Below, piece after piece: positions 10,298 through 21,033 of a stretch of 64,000 nt of DNA (the first letter of the stretch is position 1; each line of letters opens with the position of its first letter). The notes below the pieces were generated by a model, which saw only the letters and a list, made by a program, of their open reading frames with translations, made no database searches and was not told the DNA's origin. The translations under genes were made by a program, and so were the position numbers. Source of the stretch: Oculatellaceae cyanobacterium bins.114 (GTDB lineage Bacteria > Cyanobacteriota > Cyanobacteriia > Elainellales > Elainellaceae); NCBI GenBank assembly GCA_033764315.1, contig JANRJA010000092.1, positions 13,304 through 77,303 of the forward strand, written 5' to 3'.

Positions 10298-11521
10298 ATG
10301 ACTGAGTTACGAGCAAAGAGTCTCCGTCGGCAGCGGAGAGCCAATTGGCAGTGGATGATGCTCTCTGTATTGGGTGCATTACTTATGGTCGGTGTGTGGG
10401 GAGTGCGATCGCTAGCCCAGGGACCCGTTCCCTCTAATAGTGGAGGAGAATCTTATGTCTTACTGGCGACCCCTGAAACGACTCATTTAGGATTTTTTAG
10501 TGCAGATCTGCCTCCCGTGTTGAGGGTTAACTCTGGTGATACGGTGACGTTTTCAACGTTCCCCAATGTGGGTGAAGAGGCTCGTCCGGGGCGATCGATC
10601 GCAGAGTTAGTTGCCTCTGCGGATGCACTGGCACGCGAAAGAAACTTGATTGGCCCTCACTCTTTAACGGGGCCTGTCTACGTTGAAGGAGCACTCCCAG
10701 GGGATGTTTTAGAAATTAAGGTGCTCGATGTTGTGCCCTCTATTTATGCGGGGCAGATCGTGTTTCCCGGTGAGCGGCGGTTGGGGCTGTTGCCAGAAGA
10801 GTTTCCACAAGGCACGATCAGTCACCTTTATGTGGATATAGCCAACGAGACAACTCAATTTGCCGACAATGTCACCTTGCCAGTTAAACCCTTTATGGGC
10901 ATTATGGGCGTGGCTCCTCCCAAAGATTTTGCGGCAAGCAACTCTGAAGCAGGAGGTGCATGGACGGCTCGCCCTGAGCGAATTGATGACTATGGTGGAG
11001 TGCGCAGAGTCTCTAGTGTGCCCCCTGATCTGTGGGGTGGCAATATGGACAACAAAGAGCTTGTTGCTGGATCGTCTCTGTTTGTCCCGGTGTTTAATCC
11101 TGGTGGGTTATTTTCAACGGGAGATGGTCATGTCAATCAAGCCAACGGAGAAGTTGGGTTGACGGCTTCTGAAACGGCAATGCGGAGTGTGACGGTTCAG
11201 TTTATTGTGCACAAAGATCTGGATTTGATTCGTCCGGTGGTCGAAACTCCAACTCACTTTATGACAATGGGTTTTGATCCAGATGTTGATAAAGCTATGA
11301 AAACAGCAACGCGAGATATGCTCGATTTGCTCACTAAAACAGCGGGGTTGACTCGTTTACAAGCTTATTCGTTGTCAAGTCTGGCAATGGATCTGAACAT
11401 CACACAGGTGGTTGATATTAACCGAGGAGTTCATGCGCTGGTTCCTAAATCTATCTTTAGTGAATACACTCCCATTGCAGAACTCAAAGGCATGATTCAA
11501 ACCGATCGCCCAGCCGCATAA
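10298..11521 (+). CDS. Acetamidase/formamidase family protein with N-terminal signal peptide
   Basis: HSLTGPVYVEGALPGD, GGNMDNK, GDGH..Q.NGE motifs; basic plus hydrophobic N-terminus. Confidence 0.85.
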   Translation: MTELRAKSLRRQRRANWQWMMLSVLGALLMVGVWGVRSLAQGPVPSNSGGESYVLLATPETTHLGFFSADLPPVLRVNSGDTVTFSTFPNVGEEARPGRSIAELVASADALARERNLIGPHSLTGPVYVEGALPGDVLEIKVLDVVPSIYAGQIVFPGERRLGLLPEEFPQGTISHLYVDIANETTQFADNVTLPVKPFMGIMGVAPPKDFAASNSEAGGAWTARPERIDDYGGVRRVSSVPPDLWGGNMDNKELVAGSSLFVPVFNPGGLFSTGDGHVNQANGEVGLTASETAMRSVTVQFIVHKDLDLIRPVVETPTHFMTMGFDPDVDKAMKTATRDMLDLLTKTAGLTRLQAYSLSSLAMDLNITQVVDINRGVHALVPKSIFSEYTPIAELKGMIQTDRPAA

Positions 11522-11726
11522 TCAAGGGCCTTGCCTTGCATCCAGTCCTTGCACCCAGTCCTTGCATCCAGTATTTAGCAGTTTACTCTTGTAGCGTTCG
11601 GCGCAGGCTCACGCCGAAGTCTGTAACTTGAGTCGCCAATGCTGGCTAAATATAGGCTCTAAGACACTCTCTAAAAACATTCATCGTTCAGTTAATCGCT
11701 TCAGACATTCTTTAGGAGAGATTTTC

Positions 11727-12536
11727 ATGAAGGCTTCGTTTCCCTATCTGGCTATTTCCGTTCCAGAGTTTTCGGTTCCCAATATCCGCTTGAGTGTTGT
11801 TGCCCTCGTCACGCTGATTGTCGGCACGTTGATGGCTGGGTTATTGTGGCTCTCCCCTGTGCAATTGTCGCTGCCAACTGGGTTTTTAAATCTGGAGTTG
11901 TTCAATGCTCAAGCGTTGCCTGCCTCTTATTACAAGGCGATGCAACTTCGGCAAAAGGGCGACTTAGTCCATGCGTTACAGCAATTAGAACAGGCCGCGA
12001 TCGCCTCTCCCGAATCGGTTCCCGTGCTGTATGAGTTAGGTCGGGCTGAGTTTCAGCTCAGTCAAATTGATGATGCGATCGCCCACTATCGCACAGCCTT
12101 GGCACAAGATCCCGATCATGCTCCTTCAGCGTATGAACTGGGTGGAATGTTGGTCACATTAGGCCATTTAGATGAGGGAATTGCTCTACTGCAACACTCG
12201 GTTGAGGTGACACCGACCGTTCTCGGCTATTATGATCTAGGGGTTGCTTTGGGGCGTAAGGGCGATCGCTCCGGTGAAATTGCGAGTCTACGTCAGGCGA
12301 TCGCAATGGAACCTAATCATGCAGATGCCCATCTAAACTTAGGGTTGACCTACGCTCGCATGGAGAACATTCCATTGGCAAAACAACACCTACAACAAGC
12401 TAGAGAGTTATATCAGGCTCAAATTGAGGCTCTCGAGGATGCTCACTTGGGACGCAATAGCCTGGATGCGCAAATCATTGACCAGATGATGGTTGCTCTT
12501 GACTCTGGGTGTGGTGTTAAGTGTTGGCAGCGTTAA
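11727..12536 (+). CDS. Membrane-anchored TPR protein
   Basis: AGGAG RBS before ATG 11727; one TM segment followed by TPR repeats. Confidence 0.8.
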   Translation: MKASFPYLAISVPEFSVPNIRLSVVALVTLIVGTLMAGLLWLSPVQLSLPTGFLNLELFNAQALPASYYKAMQLRQKGDLVHALQQLEQAAIASPESVPVLYELGRAEFQLSQIDDAIAHYRTALAQDPDHAPSAYELGGMLVTLGHLDEGIALLQHSVEVTPTVLGYYDLGVALGRKGDRSGEIASLRQAIAMEPNHADAHLNLGLTYARMENIPLAKQHLQQARELYQAQIEALEDAHLGRNSLDAQIIDQMMVALDSGCGVKCWQR

Positions 12537-12574
12537 TCACAAGCTCGTTGGCAAGTTCTTAATAGGTTGATTTC

Positions 12575-13270
12575 ATGGATCGTTGCGATTGTTCTAACTG
12601 CGATGTTCTTCAAGGCAAACTCCCGATCGCTCAGGCATTGCCTGATGCGGCAGCTAAGATGCGGCTGTTGGGAATGGGGTTGCTGTTGACGGGTGGGTTC
12701 TCAGGGTTGGAGTGGGTCGCAGGCTGGTGGAGCAATAGCTTAACCCTTGTCACGGATGCAGGACATATGCTGTCTGATTGTCTAGCACTGGGGCTATCGC
12801 TAGTCGCAACAGGGTTGGCTCAGCTTGCTGTTAACCACAAAGCTACGCTGGGCTATCAAAAAGCTGAACTGCTGGCAGCTTTGGCAAATGGCATCGGTCT
12901 GCTTGTCCTCGCCGTTTGGGTGCTATGGGAAGCGGTTAATCGTTTTCAGAGCAGCCATCAGCCTGTGGTCAGTGAAGTCATGGTCGTGACTGCGATCATT
13001 GGCTTAGCGATGAACATCTTGGCAGCATCTCTACTCCATAATCACAGTCACCATGATCTAAACCTGCGGGGTGCCTTCTTACATGTTCTGGCGGATACCG
13101 TGAGTTCAATAGGTGTGATTTTAGCAGCCGTGTTGATCTGGGTTTTCCACTGGAACTGGGCCGATGAAATCATCAGTCTGCTCATCGCTGGGGTCATTAG
13201 TTTGGGAGCCTTTCCTCTGATTCGAGAGAGCCTCTCTGCTCTATGCAACACCCCAACGGCTAAGAGTTAA
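12575..13270 (+). CDS. Cation diffusion facilitator (CzcD/ZitB-like), lacking the C-terminal cytosolic domain
   Basis: DAGHMLSD, HNHSHHDLNLRGAFLHVLAD. Confidence 0.85.
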   Translation: MDRCDCSNCDVLQGKLPIAQALPDAAAKMRLLGMGLLLTGGFSGLEWVAGWWSNSLTLVTDAGHMLSDCLALGLSLVATGLAQLAVNHKATLGYQKAELLAALANGIGLLVLAVWVLWEAVNRFQSSHQPVVSEVMVVTAIIGLAMNILAASLLHNHSHHDLNLRGAFLHVLADTVSSIGVILAAVLIWVFHWNWADEIISLLIAGVISLGAFPLIRESLSALCNTPTAKS

Positions 13271-13767
13271 GGGGACTCATCCTCTGGTAAGCGGCAACGT
13301 CCTTCGAGGTCACAGGCAAGACGCTGTTGGCGATCGCGCACGATTGCCGCTAAATTTCCTCTTCCGGTCAAAGGCAAACGATAGTCTGCCCATAATTCAT
13401 ACGAGGCATTGGCAATAAACCCAATCACGGGCACTTTGGTAATGGCATAAACCCAACCCATGCCCAACACTTCATATACCTGTCGAAACACTTCCACATT
13501 TTTGATCACTCTGCCGTCTGGTAAAACCGCATGGATGCGTCCCATTGCCGTCTCAAAATCGACGCCCCCGTTGGCGTCAGCAGAATAATTCTCATCTGCA
13601 ACATCCACAAATGCAACTAACCCACGACCTGCATCACGTCGCCTTAAAAAGTTGACCTCTCGCAGACACAGCGGACATGCCCCGTCATACAGCAGCTTGA
13701 TTTTCCAGGTGGGAGTCGAGGCGGTTGGCTGAGAAGCCAGCGTTTGCGAATCGATATGAGCCTTCAT
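13267..13767 (-). CDS. DCC1-like thiol-disulfide oxidoreductase
   Basis: LLYDGACPLC motif. Confidence 0.9.
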   Translation of the reverse strand: MKAHIDSQTLASQPTASTPTWKIKLLYDGACPLCLREVNFLRRRDAGRGLVAFVDVADENYSADANGGVDFETAMGRIHAVLPDGRVIKNVEVFRQVYEVLGMGWVYAITKVPVIGFIANASYELWADYRLPLTGRGNLAAIVRDRQQRLACDLEGRCRLPEDESP

Positions 13768-14029
13768 AGTAATGGTTCAGACAGGGTTTAAGAGAGGGTT
13801 TGAAAGAAAGCCAAGATTTTAGACAAAATGCTACCTCTCTTGGTTAAGGGGCAGATATCTAATTGTGCAGATATCTAATTGTATCTAATTGTAAAGGGCA
13901 AATATCCAAATTAGGCGTTGCTGAGTAATTGCAGGAATTTCGTCAGGGCGTTTCGCGAAACGCTGCCGCTGTCATAGTCAATGAGTATGAACCCCATCCG
14001 TGTCCAACAACACCTATTTCTTTAGGTCA

Positions 14030-14387
14030 TATAGCAGTCCTAAATCATTTGTGAAATTAGGAGGTTGTGAGAGTCGCACCCCTGAGGGGTGCGACTCTCA
14101 CAACCCATTTAGGATTGCTATATCTTGCAGCACATTAACTACTTCGCAGAGATAGCAGTCTTAAATCATGGGTGAGATTGGGAAGTTGTAGGAAGCGCAC
14201 CTGAATGGAGTGCACTTCTTACAACCCATTTGGGATTGCCATAGCAGTCCTATTTGATTCATGAAAAAGCTTAGGAGGTATGGTCACTTGTCAATCATCC
14301 TTAGCTTTGAGTACCTATTACATACCAATAACCAACGATCAATAACCAATGACAGAGCAATTTTACAAATGATTTAGGACTGCTATA
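14030..14387. mobile_element. Cluster of three MITE-like elements with TATAGCAGTCCTAAAT termini
   Basis: Units at 14030-14122, 14152-14242 and 14241-14387; terminal inverted repeats; internal palindrome GTTGTGAGAGTCGCACCCC/GGGGTGCGACTCTCACAAC. Confidence 0.7.
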
Positions 14388-14718
14388 TTTGGGTATCAAA
14401 AAGAGGAGCCTTTACAAGTAAATCGTATAATTTCTTAACTATTTTTGCAATATATAACGTACCCCTTTAGGCAGGTGTTTATAGAGTTATAAGAATTTAT
14501 CCTGAAGATCCTGGAGCAGTATTTGAATATCTTTGTTTAGTTCTCTGATTGTTTTTAATGAATTGTAAAAGCAATCACTGGGCTTGTCGTTGTATTTCAT
14601 ATTCTGCTTGGGTAGTGATTAGTAATTCTCCATAAAATAGCTCATAAACCAGGCTCAATTAACTGATGTCTAATGCTGGGAAACAACCAATCATAGGGGA
14701 TGGGCTATTTAAGGAGTT

Positions 14719-16065
14719 GTGCTTACCTCAGTTGAGTTGTTATTGCCATCAATGTCATATTCACCATTTTTGAATCGATTTAATTTCAAACGACTTAGGC
14801 TGCGATCGCCCAGGCAACTAGGTTTAGCAATTATTTGTTTTCTAGGAACGGTGCTCATCAGTTGGTACGTCATGGCACAACAGCCTGTGACCCTACGCAT
14901 GTTGATGCCTGCTCCCGATGTGCCTCCATTTCGATCATTAGTGGCAGCCTTTGAAAAACAAAATCCAGGTATTCGGGTTGAGCTTGTCGAAGGCCCCAAT
15001 CAAAGCAATCTGGTAGAAGACCTCTACACTTCTGCCTTTTTATTGGGAGATTCGCCCTATGACCTGATCAATATGGATATTGTCTGGACTCCCAAATTTG
15101 CAGCCGCCGGATGGCTGACAGATCTGACAGACAAAGTTAGCAATGAAGATTTAGCCAAATTTTCACCCCTTGATGTCGAGGGCGGACGGTATGAAGATCG
15201 GCTTTATCGCATGCCCGTTCGCTCAGATGTGGGAGTGCTCTACTATCGCAAAGATCTGCTAGAACAGGCAGGATTGCAACCTCCTGAAACGTTTGACGAC
15301 TTGATGCAAGCTTCTAAGCAATTGCAAGAGAGTGGGGCAGTTCCCTGGGGCTATGTCTGGCAGGGGCGGCAATATGAGGGAGTAGTTGCCATGTTTGTCG
15401 AAGTGCTCCAAGGGTTTAACGGTTTTTGGGTCAACCCTGACACCTTAGAAGTAGGACTCGATCGCCCTGAAACCTTGGAAGCCATTAATTTTTTGCGAAA
15501 TACCGTGCAAGAAGGGGTGTCTCCTCCAGGGGTGACGACCTATCAAGAAGAGGACACACGGCGGTTTTTTCAAAGTGGTCAAGCGGCTTTTTTACGGAAT
15601 TGGCCTTATGCTTGGTCTCTCGCGAATGCAGAAGACTCTCAAATTCGGGGCAAGGTTGGTATTCAACCAATGGTTCACGCTCCCAATGCTGAATCGGGGG
15701 AGTGTTTTGGGGGTTGGGGAATTGGGATTTCCAAAACAACACCTCACCCTGAAGAAGCTTTAAAGGCAGTGCAATTCTTCTCAAGCTATGAACCTCAGCG
15801 CGATTTAATTTTGCAAGAAGGCTACTTACCTAGCATCAAATCATTATTTACTGACGCTCAGGTGGTTGCTGAATACAGCCATTTTCCCGTTTTGCAAGAG
15901 GTGGCGACGAATGCCGTTCTGCGTCCCCCGATCGCCCAATATGCTCAAGCATCTGATATTTTGCAACGCTATTTAAGTGCAGCCCTAACGAATCGCATGA
16001 CCCCTGAAGACGCCATGCGATCGGCTGCCGCAGAGACACAACGGTTATTAGACGCGAGGGGTTAG
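14719..16065 (+). CDS. Sugar ABC transporter substrate-binding protein
   Basis: SBP family 1 motifs (LYYRKDLL, FLRNWPY); start codon uncertain. Confidence 0.9.
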   Translation: MLTSVELLLPSMSYSPFLNRFNFKRLRLRSPRQLGLAIICFLGTVLISWYVMAQQPVTLRMLMPAPDVPPFRSLVAAFEKQNPGIRVELVEGPNQSNLVEDLYTSAFLLGDSPYDLINMDIVWTPKFAAAGWLTDLTDKVSNEDLAKFSPLDVEGGRYEDRLYRMPVRSDVGVLYYRKDLLEQAGLQPPETFDDLMQASKQLQESGAVPWGYVWQGRQYEGVVAMFVEVLQGFNGFWVNPDTLEVGLDRPETLEAINFLRNTVQEGVSPPGVTTYQEEDTRRFFQSGQAAFLRNWPYAWSLANAEDSQIRGKVGIQPMVHAPNAESGECFGGWGIGISKTTPHPEEALKAVQFFSSYEPQRDLILQEGYLPSIKSLFTDAQVVAEYSHFPVLQEVATNAVLRPPIAQYAQASDILQRYLSAALTNRMTPEDAMRSAAAETQRLLDARG

Positions 16066-16076
16066 AGAGCTGAGAT

Positions 16077-16988
16077 ATGGTGAAAATGGATGCGATTCAA
16101 GCAAGAGATCAACGCACCGCCTGGACTCTCATGACTCCAGCATTGTTACTGTTGCTGTTTGTGTTTGCTTACCCGATTTTGCGGGCGTTTTGGTTGAGCC
16201 TTTATGCTAAAAACCTGGGAACGCAGTTACAACCTGTTTTTGCAGGACTGGATAACTACGGACGGATGATTGGCGATGGTCGGTTTTGGCAAAGTTTTGG
16301 GACAACGGCTATCTTTACATCTGCATCGGTTGTGTTGGAATTATTGCTTGGGATGGGCATCGCGTTAGTGCTGCACCAAAAGTTTAAGGGGCGATCGCTA
16401 GTTCGCACAGCCGCATTGATTCCGTGGGCATTGCCAACCGCTCTAATTGGCTTAGCTTGGGCGTGGATTTTTAATGACCAGTTTGGCATCGTAAATGACA
16501 TCCTATTGCGATTAGGAATCATTAACACAGGGATCAACTGGCTCGGTGAGCCAACCTTAGCAATGGTAGCTGTTATTGTGGCAGATGTTTGGAAAACAAC
16601 TCCCTTCATTAGCATTCTGCTGCTTGCCGGACTGCAATCAATTCCCGATGACCTCTACGAAGCCCACGCGATCGACGGAGCAAATGCATGGCAAAGCTTT
16701 TGGCACATTACAATTCCTTTATTAATGCCCCAAATTCTAATTGCTGTGTTGTTCCGGTTTGCTCAAGCATTTGGCATCTTTGATTTGATCTCCGTCATGA
16801 CTGGAGGGGGGCCAGGTGGTGCAACTGAAGTGGTATCACTCTACATCTATTCAATGGTGATGCGCTATCTCGACTTTGGCTATGGAGCTGCGCTCGTCGT
16901 TGTCACCTTCCTGTTGTTAGTATTGGCCGTGGCGATCGCCAGTTTCCTACTCAACCGTCTGCGCCACCGTACCACTGGAGCAACGTAA
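16077..16988 (+). CDS. Sugar ABC transporter permease
   Basis: LAGLQSIPDDLYEAHAIDGA (EAA loop). Confidence 0.9.
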   Translation: MVKMDAIQARDQRTAWTLMTPALLLLLFVFAYPILRAFWLSLYAKNLGTQLQPVFAGLDNYGRMIGDGRFWQSFGTTAIFTSASVVLELLLGMGIALVLHQKFKGRSLVRTAALIPWALPTALIGLAWAWIFNDQFGIVNDILLRLGIINTGINWLGEPTLAMVAVIVADVWKTTPFISILLLAGLQSIPDDLYEAHAIDGANAWQSFWHITIPLLMPQILIAVLFRFAQAFGIFDLISVMTGGGPGGATEVVSLYIYSMVMRYLDFGYGAALVVVTFLLLVLAVAIASFLLNRLRHRTTGAT

Positions 16989-17100
16989 AGTTAAGAAAGA
17001 AGAATAAAAAAAGAAGAATGGATTAACTTTTCTTCTTATCTTTTCTTTTTCTCTCTTCTTTTTTCTCTCTCTTCCCTCTTCTCTCTTCTTCTTTTTTTCT

Positions 17101-17994
17101 ATGACTACGCTTCAACAAGACCAAGTCTTAACGGCTCCCCATCCCCCCAGTCGAGAAACCAATTTTACTTGGCTACGACGACTGCTAATGGGATTAGCCA
17201 TCCTAGCCGTCTTACTCATTAGTCTGGCACCAGTTCTTTGGCAACTCCTCACCTCATTTAAGGTGAATGAGGATATTTCTCAAGTACCGACCGTTTATTT
17301 TCCAACTCGCCTGACACTTCAGCACTACACTGAGCTTTTTACTCGTCGTCCGTTTTTTCGATATATTCTGAATAGTGCTTTTGTCTCAATTGTCTCCACT
17401 ACAGTTTGTCTAGCGATTGGCACCCCAGCAGCGTACGCGTTAGCTCGGTTACGACCTGTTGGCGAAAAAATCATTCTTGCAGCCGTTTTAGTTGTTACAC
17501 TGTTTCCTGGAATTTTGCTGTTTTTAGGACTGCTAGAAATCATCCAAGCACTCCATCTAGGCAATAATTATTTAGCCTTAATCATTCCATATACAGCTAT
17601 CAATTTGCCATTAACGATTCTCGTTTTAAGAAGTTTCTTTCAACAGTTACCCAAAGATTTAGAAGATTCTGCCAAAGTTGATGGCTACAACACCTGGCAA
17701 ATGCTGACCAAAATTTTGTTGCCCATGACCGTGCCCGCTCTGGTGACAACCGGGATTTTGACATTCATCTTTGCGTGGAATGAATTCATTTTCGCGTTGA
17801 CGTTCATTACTCGCGAGAATATGAAAACCATTCCAGTTGCAGCGGCTCAATTGGGGGGTGCGTCAGTGTTTGAGATTCCCTATGGACCTATCGCTGCCGC
17901 TACAGTTCTAGGAACACTACCACTCGTGTTGTTAGTCCTCTTCTTCCAACGCAAGATTGTTCAAGGGTTAACCGCTGGTGCTGTAAAGGGATAA
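17101..17994 (+). CDS. Sugar ABC transporter permease
   Basis: FFQQLPKDLEDSAKVDG; FIFAWNEF. Confidence 0.9.
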   Translation: MTTLQQDQVLTAPHPPSRETNFTWLRRLLMGLAILAVLLISLAPVLWQLLTSFKVNEDISQVPTVYFPTRLTLQHYTELFTRRPFFRYILNSAFVSIVSTTVCLAIGTPAAYALARLRPVGEKIILAAVLVVTLFPGILLFLGLLEIIQALHLGNNYLALIIPYTAINLPLTILVLRSFFQQLPKDLEDSAKVDGYNTWQMLTKILLPMTVPALVTTGILTFIFAWNEFIFALTFITRENMKTIPVAAAQLGGASVFEIPYGPIAAATVLGTLPLVLLVLFFQRKIVQGLTAGAVKG

Positions 17995-18089
17995 GGGCTA
18001 AAAGTCAAAAAAACTCATGTTAGATCTTTTCTCTCTTTTCATTGTTCTCTCTTCTCTTTTCTATCTTTTTTCTTTCTCTCCTTACTATC

Positions 18090-19196
18090 ATGGCTAAACT
18101 CGAACTTAAACACCTCAATAAAACCTTTGCTCCTAAAGTGGTTCCGGTTAAAGATGTCAGTTTAACCGTTGACAATGATGAATTTTTGACCCTATTGGGT
18201 CCATCAGGATGTGGTAAGTCAACGGTATTGCGCTTAATTGCTGGATTGGAGCAACCCACGCGGGGTCAAGTAATGATTAGCGATCGCGATGTCACCAATC
18301 GTCGTCCGGGCGATCGCAACATTGCAATGGTATTCCAGAGCTATGCACTTTATCCTCATCTAACGGTATATGACAACCTATGTTCAGGATTGCGCCTCAA
18401 ACACACCCCTGAAGGTGAAATTAAACAACGGGTTGCCGATGCATCGCGGGCATTAGATTTAGAGGGGCTAATGGATCGCAAACCCGGACAACTATCGGGT
18501 GGACAACGCCAGCGGGTCGCCTTAGGACGGGCATTAGTGCGTCGCCCTGATGTATTTTTGTTAGACGAGCCGTTGAGTAACTTAGATGCCTTATTACGAG
18601 AAAAGGTGCGGGCAGAGTTGAAACAACTGTTTGAAACTCAAGGGGTGCCCGTAGTGTATGTCACTCACGATCAAACTGAGGCGATGACTCTCTCTAGCAA
18701 AGTTGCCGTGCTGAATAAAGGATGTGTGCAACAATTAGACACACCTCACCGCATTTATAATCGACCTGCCAATCTCTTTGTAGCTGGGTTTGTGGGTAGC
18801 CCTCAGATGAACTTGGTCACGGTACCCTGTGAAGGTCGCAATGCGATCTTAGGAGAGTTTCGTATTCCTTTGCCAAACAGCACTGTAACTCCACCGCGAT
18901 CGATTATTTTGGGAATTCGTCCTGAGCATATTCAAATTGCTGAACCAGACAATCGCCAAACGATTCGAGGACGAGTTTTTTTAGTGGAAAACTTAGGGAT
19001 GCACAACTTGGTTAGTGTGCGGGTAGAGGGCAGTCAAAACGAACCTATTGTACTCCGTGCTCTATTACCGCCCAGTGACGGTTGGCAAAATCAAATATTG
19101 ACATTAGCACTGTCTGCTGATGCGCTGCATTGGTTTGATGTTGATTCCGGTGAAGCAGTGTTTAGGGGCATCATGGAACGGGTAGCCATGCGATAA
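18090..19196 (+). CDS. Sugar ABC transporter ATP-binding protein (MalK-like)
   Basis: GPSGCGKST, LSGGQRQR, LLDEPLSNLD; ATG at 18090. Confidence 0.92.
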   Translation: MAKLELKHLNKTFAPKVVPVKDVSLTVDNDEFLTLLGPSGCGKSTVLRLIAGLEQPTRGQVMISDRDVTNRRPGDRNIAMVFQSYALYPHLTVYDNLCSGLRLKHTPEGEIKQRVADASRALDLEGLMDRKPGQLSGGQRQRVALGRALVRRPDVFLLDEPLSNLDALLREKVRAELKQLFETQGVPVVYVTHDQTEAMTLSSKVAVLNKGCVQQLDTPHRIYNRPANLFVAGFVGSPQMNLVTVPCEGRNAILGEFRIPLPNSTVTPPRSIILGIRPEHIQIAEPDNRQTIRGRVFLVENLGMHNLVSVRVEGSQNEPIVLRALLPPSDGWQNQILTLALSADALHWFDVDSGEAVFRGIMERVAMR

Positions 19197-19292
19197 CCCA
19201 GCCCCAAAAATTTAATTGACTTCAGGAGGGTGGGCAATATCCATCCTCCAATTTTTTAGAACACTGATTTACCTCATATTTTTGAGCACTTT

Positions 19293-19397
19293 TATAGCCG
19301 TAGCCACATTCGATGGGGCGGAGGCAAGTCAGAAAGCTTTCCCAGCATCAGGATTTGAGCCATTGCCTTTGCCTTAAGCTTTCTGACCAAAGCTATA
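19293..19397. repeat. MITE-like element with TATAGC...GCTATA ends
   Basis: Short terminal inverted repeat of the same type as at 14030 and 24682; intergenic. Confidence 0.4.
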
Positions 19398-19564
19398 TAC
19401 CACCGACCCTTCCCGTCAAGGCCAAGGACATGGGCTGGGCTTAGCCATTACCAAGCGCATATTGAGTCACATCACGGTAGCATTGCAGTTCAAAGTACCT
19501 ATGGCAAAGGGGCAACATTTATCATTTGTCTACCAATCAAATCTGTTGCTTAAATCGGCCACCT

Positions 19565-20491
19565 TCAACCTCGCTCTAGCATATCCCGCCCCCAGTGTGC
19601 CAGGTCAGCGGTTGCCTCATAAGTGCTTTGCAAAAACGCCAATAGCATTGCATCAGGATCACTTGCCTGTCGCACAATATCATAAGGCAGAATAAATTCT
19701 TTCATTTGATCGCTATAAAACGCGGCTTGAGGCTGAATTGGATAATCCTTAAATCCCTCTGGTTCTGGATAGGCGTAGGCATAAAACAGCGGCTCTACTG
19801 ACCCTCCGCCTGCCCAAAACCCACAGCTACTCACCTCATGAGAGTAGGCTTCACGAGTCACCCAATCTGCCATGTTGGGCACTCCACCAGGATGCTCTGG
19901 AGCACGTCGCCCTGAAAACCGAGTCACTGCCAGGTCAAAGCTGCCCCAAAAGAAGTGTACAGGACTCGACTTACCCAGAAACCGGGAGCGAAATATAGTC
20001 ATAACGCGATCGACTTGCACCAAAATTCGCCAAAACCGTTGAGCATACTCTGGGTCATAAGTGGTGTGGGTATAGTCCTGCTCAAAGGGAATGGGTTCTG
20101 CGACTTCTTGTGGCATTGTCCAGATGTGAACTTCGATGCCCATTGCAGTGAGCGCGCTCATCACCTGTTGGTAAAACTCAGCAACCGGACGAGACGTTAA
20201 CGCAACGGTTTGCACCATACCTTCACTAGTTTGAATGTGAAGCTGATGTTCGAGAAAATCAAAACTAATTTGAAAGTTACCTGTTTTGTAAGGAATGGTA
20301 GAGGTAGTGAGACCGCGAGGGGTGACATATAACGTAGATTGCCACCAGTGATTGAGTTGAGGAGACAATGTTAAACGGATCTTGCCCACAATTTGAGTCC
20401 ACATGTGCAGCGTTGCATAAGTGTCTTGCCAAGCATCGATCGGCAAGCTCGTCCAAACATCAGTCATGGTGCTTTGAGTGAAAGCAGTCAT
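19565..20491 (-). CDS. Conserved protein (DUF5996-like)
   Basis: TLHMWTQIVGK, SPVHFFWGSFDLAVTRFSGR, AYSHEVSSCGFW. Confidence 0.75.
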   Translation of the reverse strand: MTAFTQSTMTDVWTSLPIDAWQDTYATLHMWTQIVGKIRLTLSPQLNHWWQSTLYVTPRGLTTSTIPYKTGNFQISFDFLEHQLHIQTSEGMVQTVALTSRPVAEFYQQVMSALTAMGIEVHIWTMPQEVAEPIPFEQDYTHTTYDPEYAQRFWRILVQVDRVMTIFRSRFLGKSSPVHFFWGSFDLAVTRFSGRRAPEHPGGVPNMADWVTREAYSHEVSSCGFWAGGGSVEPLFYAYAYPEPEGFKDYPIQPQAAFYSDQMKEFILPYDIVRQASDPDAMLLAFLQSTYEATADLAHWGRDMLERG

Positions 20492-20515
20492 TCAAAAACT
20501 CCCTATTGATTCAGT

Positions 20516-20932
20516 TCATTCTGATTCACGAGTATTTTGTAACCTGTGAAAACTTAATACTCCCCGCATTCCCTGCCAAAAACAATAAATAAACGGTAAA
20601 AGGAGAGCCAAACTAACAACCAGTTGAGTAACGCTATCTACCCTACTTAAAAAAGGATTTATTCTTGTCGAGATGAATAGGAAAACTTGAATTAAAGCAT
20701 TGATGATCGTCAGCGCAAACATCACGATCGCGGCGGTCGATCGTTTTTGATAAATACCTAGTGTTAGCCCAAATAGCAGAGCTATAAACAAGATCGACGT
20801 GATATCGGTGGGGTTGACGCTTAATAAATAGAGTTCGCTAACGGCAGCAAGAGAGCTATAAATTAAACCGGCAATCCAGGCCATTTTAATTGCCCTTCTC
20901 GCTTGATTCATCTCTGAGAAATAGAAACGCAT
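20516..20932 (-). CDS. Hypothetical membrane protein
   Basis: Four hydrophobic segments. Confidence 0.65.
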   Translation of the reverse strand: MRFYFSEMNQARRAIKMAWIAGLIYSSLAAVSELYLLSVNPTDITSILFIALLFGLTLGIYQKRSTAAIVMFALTIINALIQVFLFISTRINPFLSRVDSVTQLVVSLALLLPFIYCFWQGMRGVLSFHRLQNTRESE

Positions 20933-21033
20933 GTGCAGTTCCTTCGTTAGCCTTTCCCGTTAGTATCAGCTTACTGCAAATTAGTTGTTTAATTACTTGA
21001 CGTAGAAACAACACGATGTGATGTACAGCTTAG

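Noticed and set aside
11534..11572. 13-bp tandem repeat CCTTGCA(T/C)CCAGT x3
   Set aside because: Ordinary short intergenic tandem duplication with no further structure.
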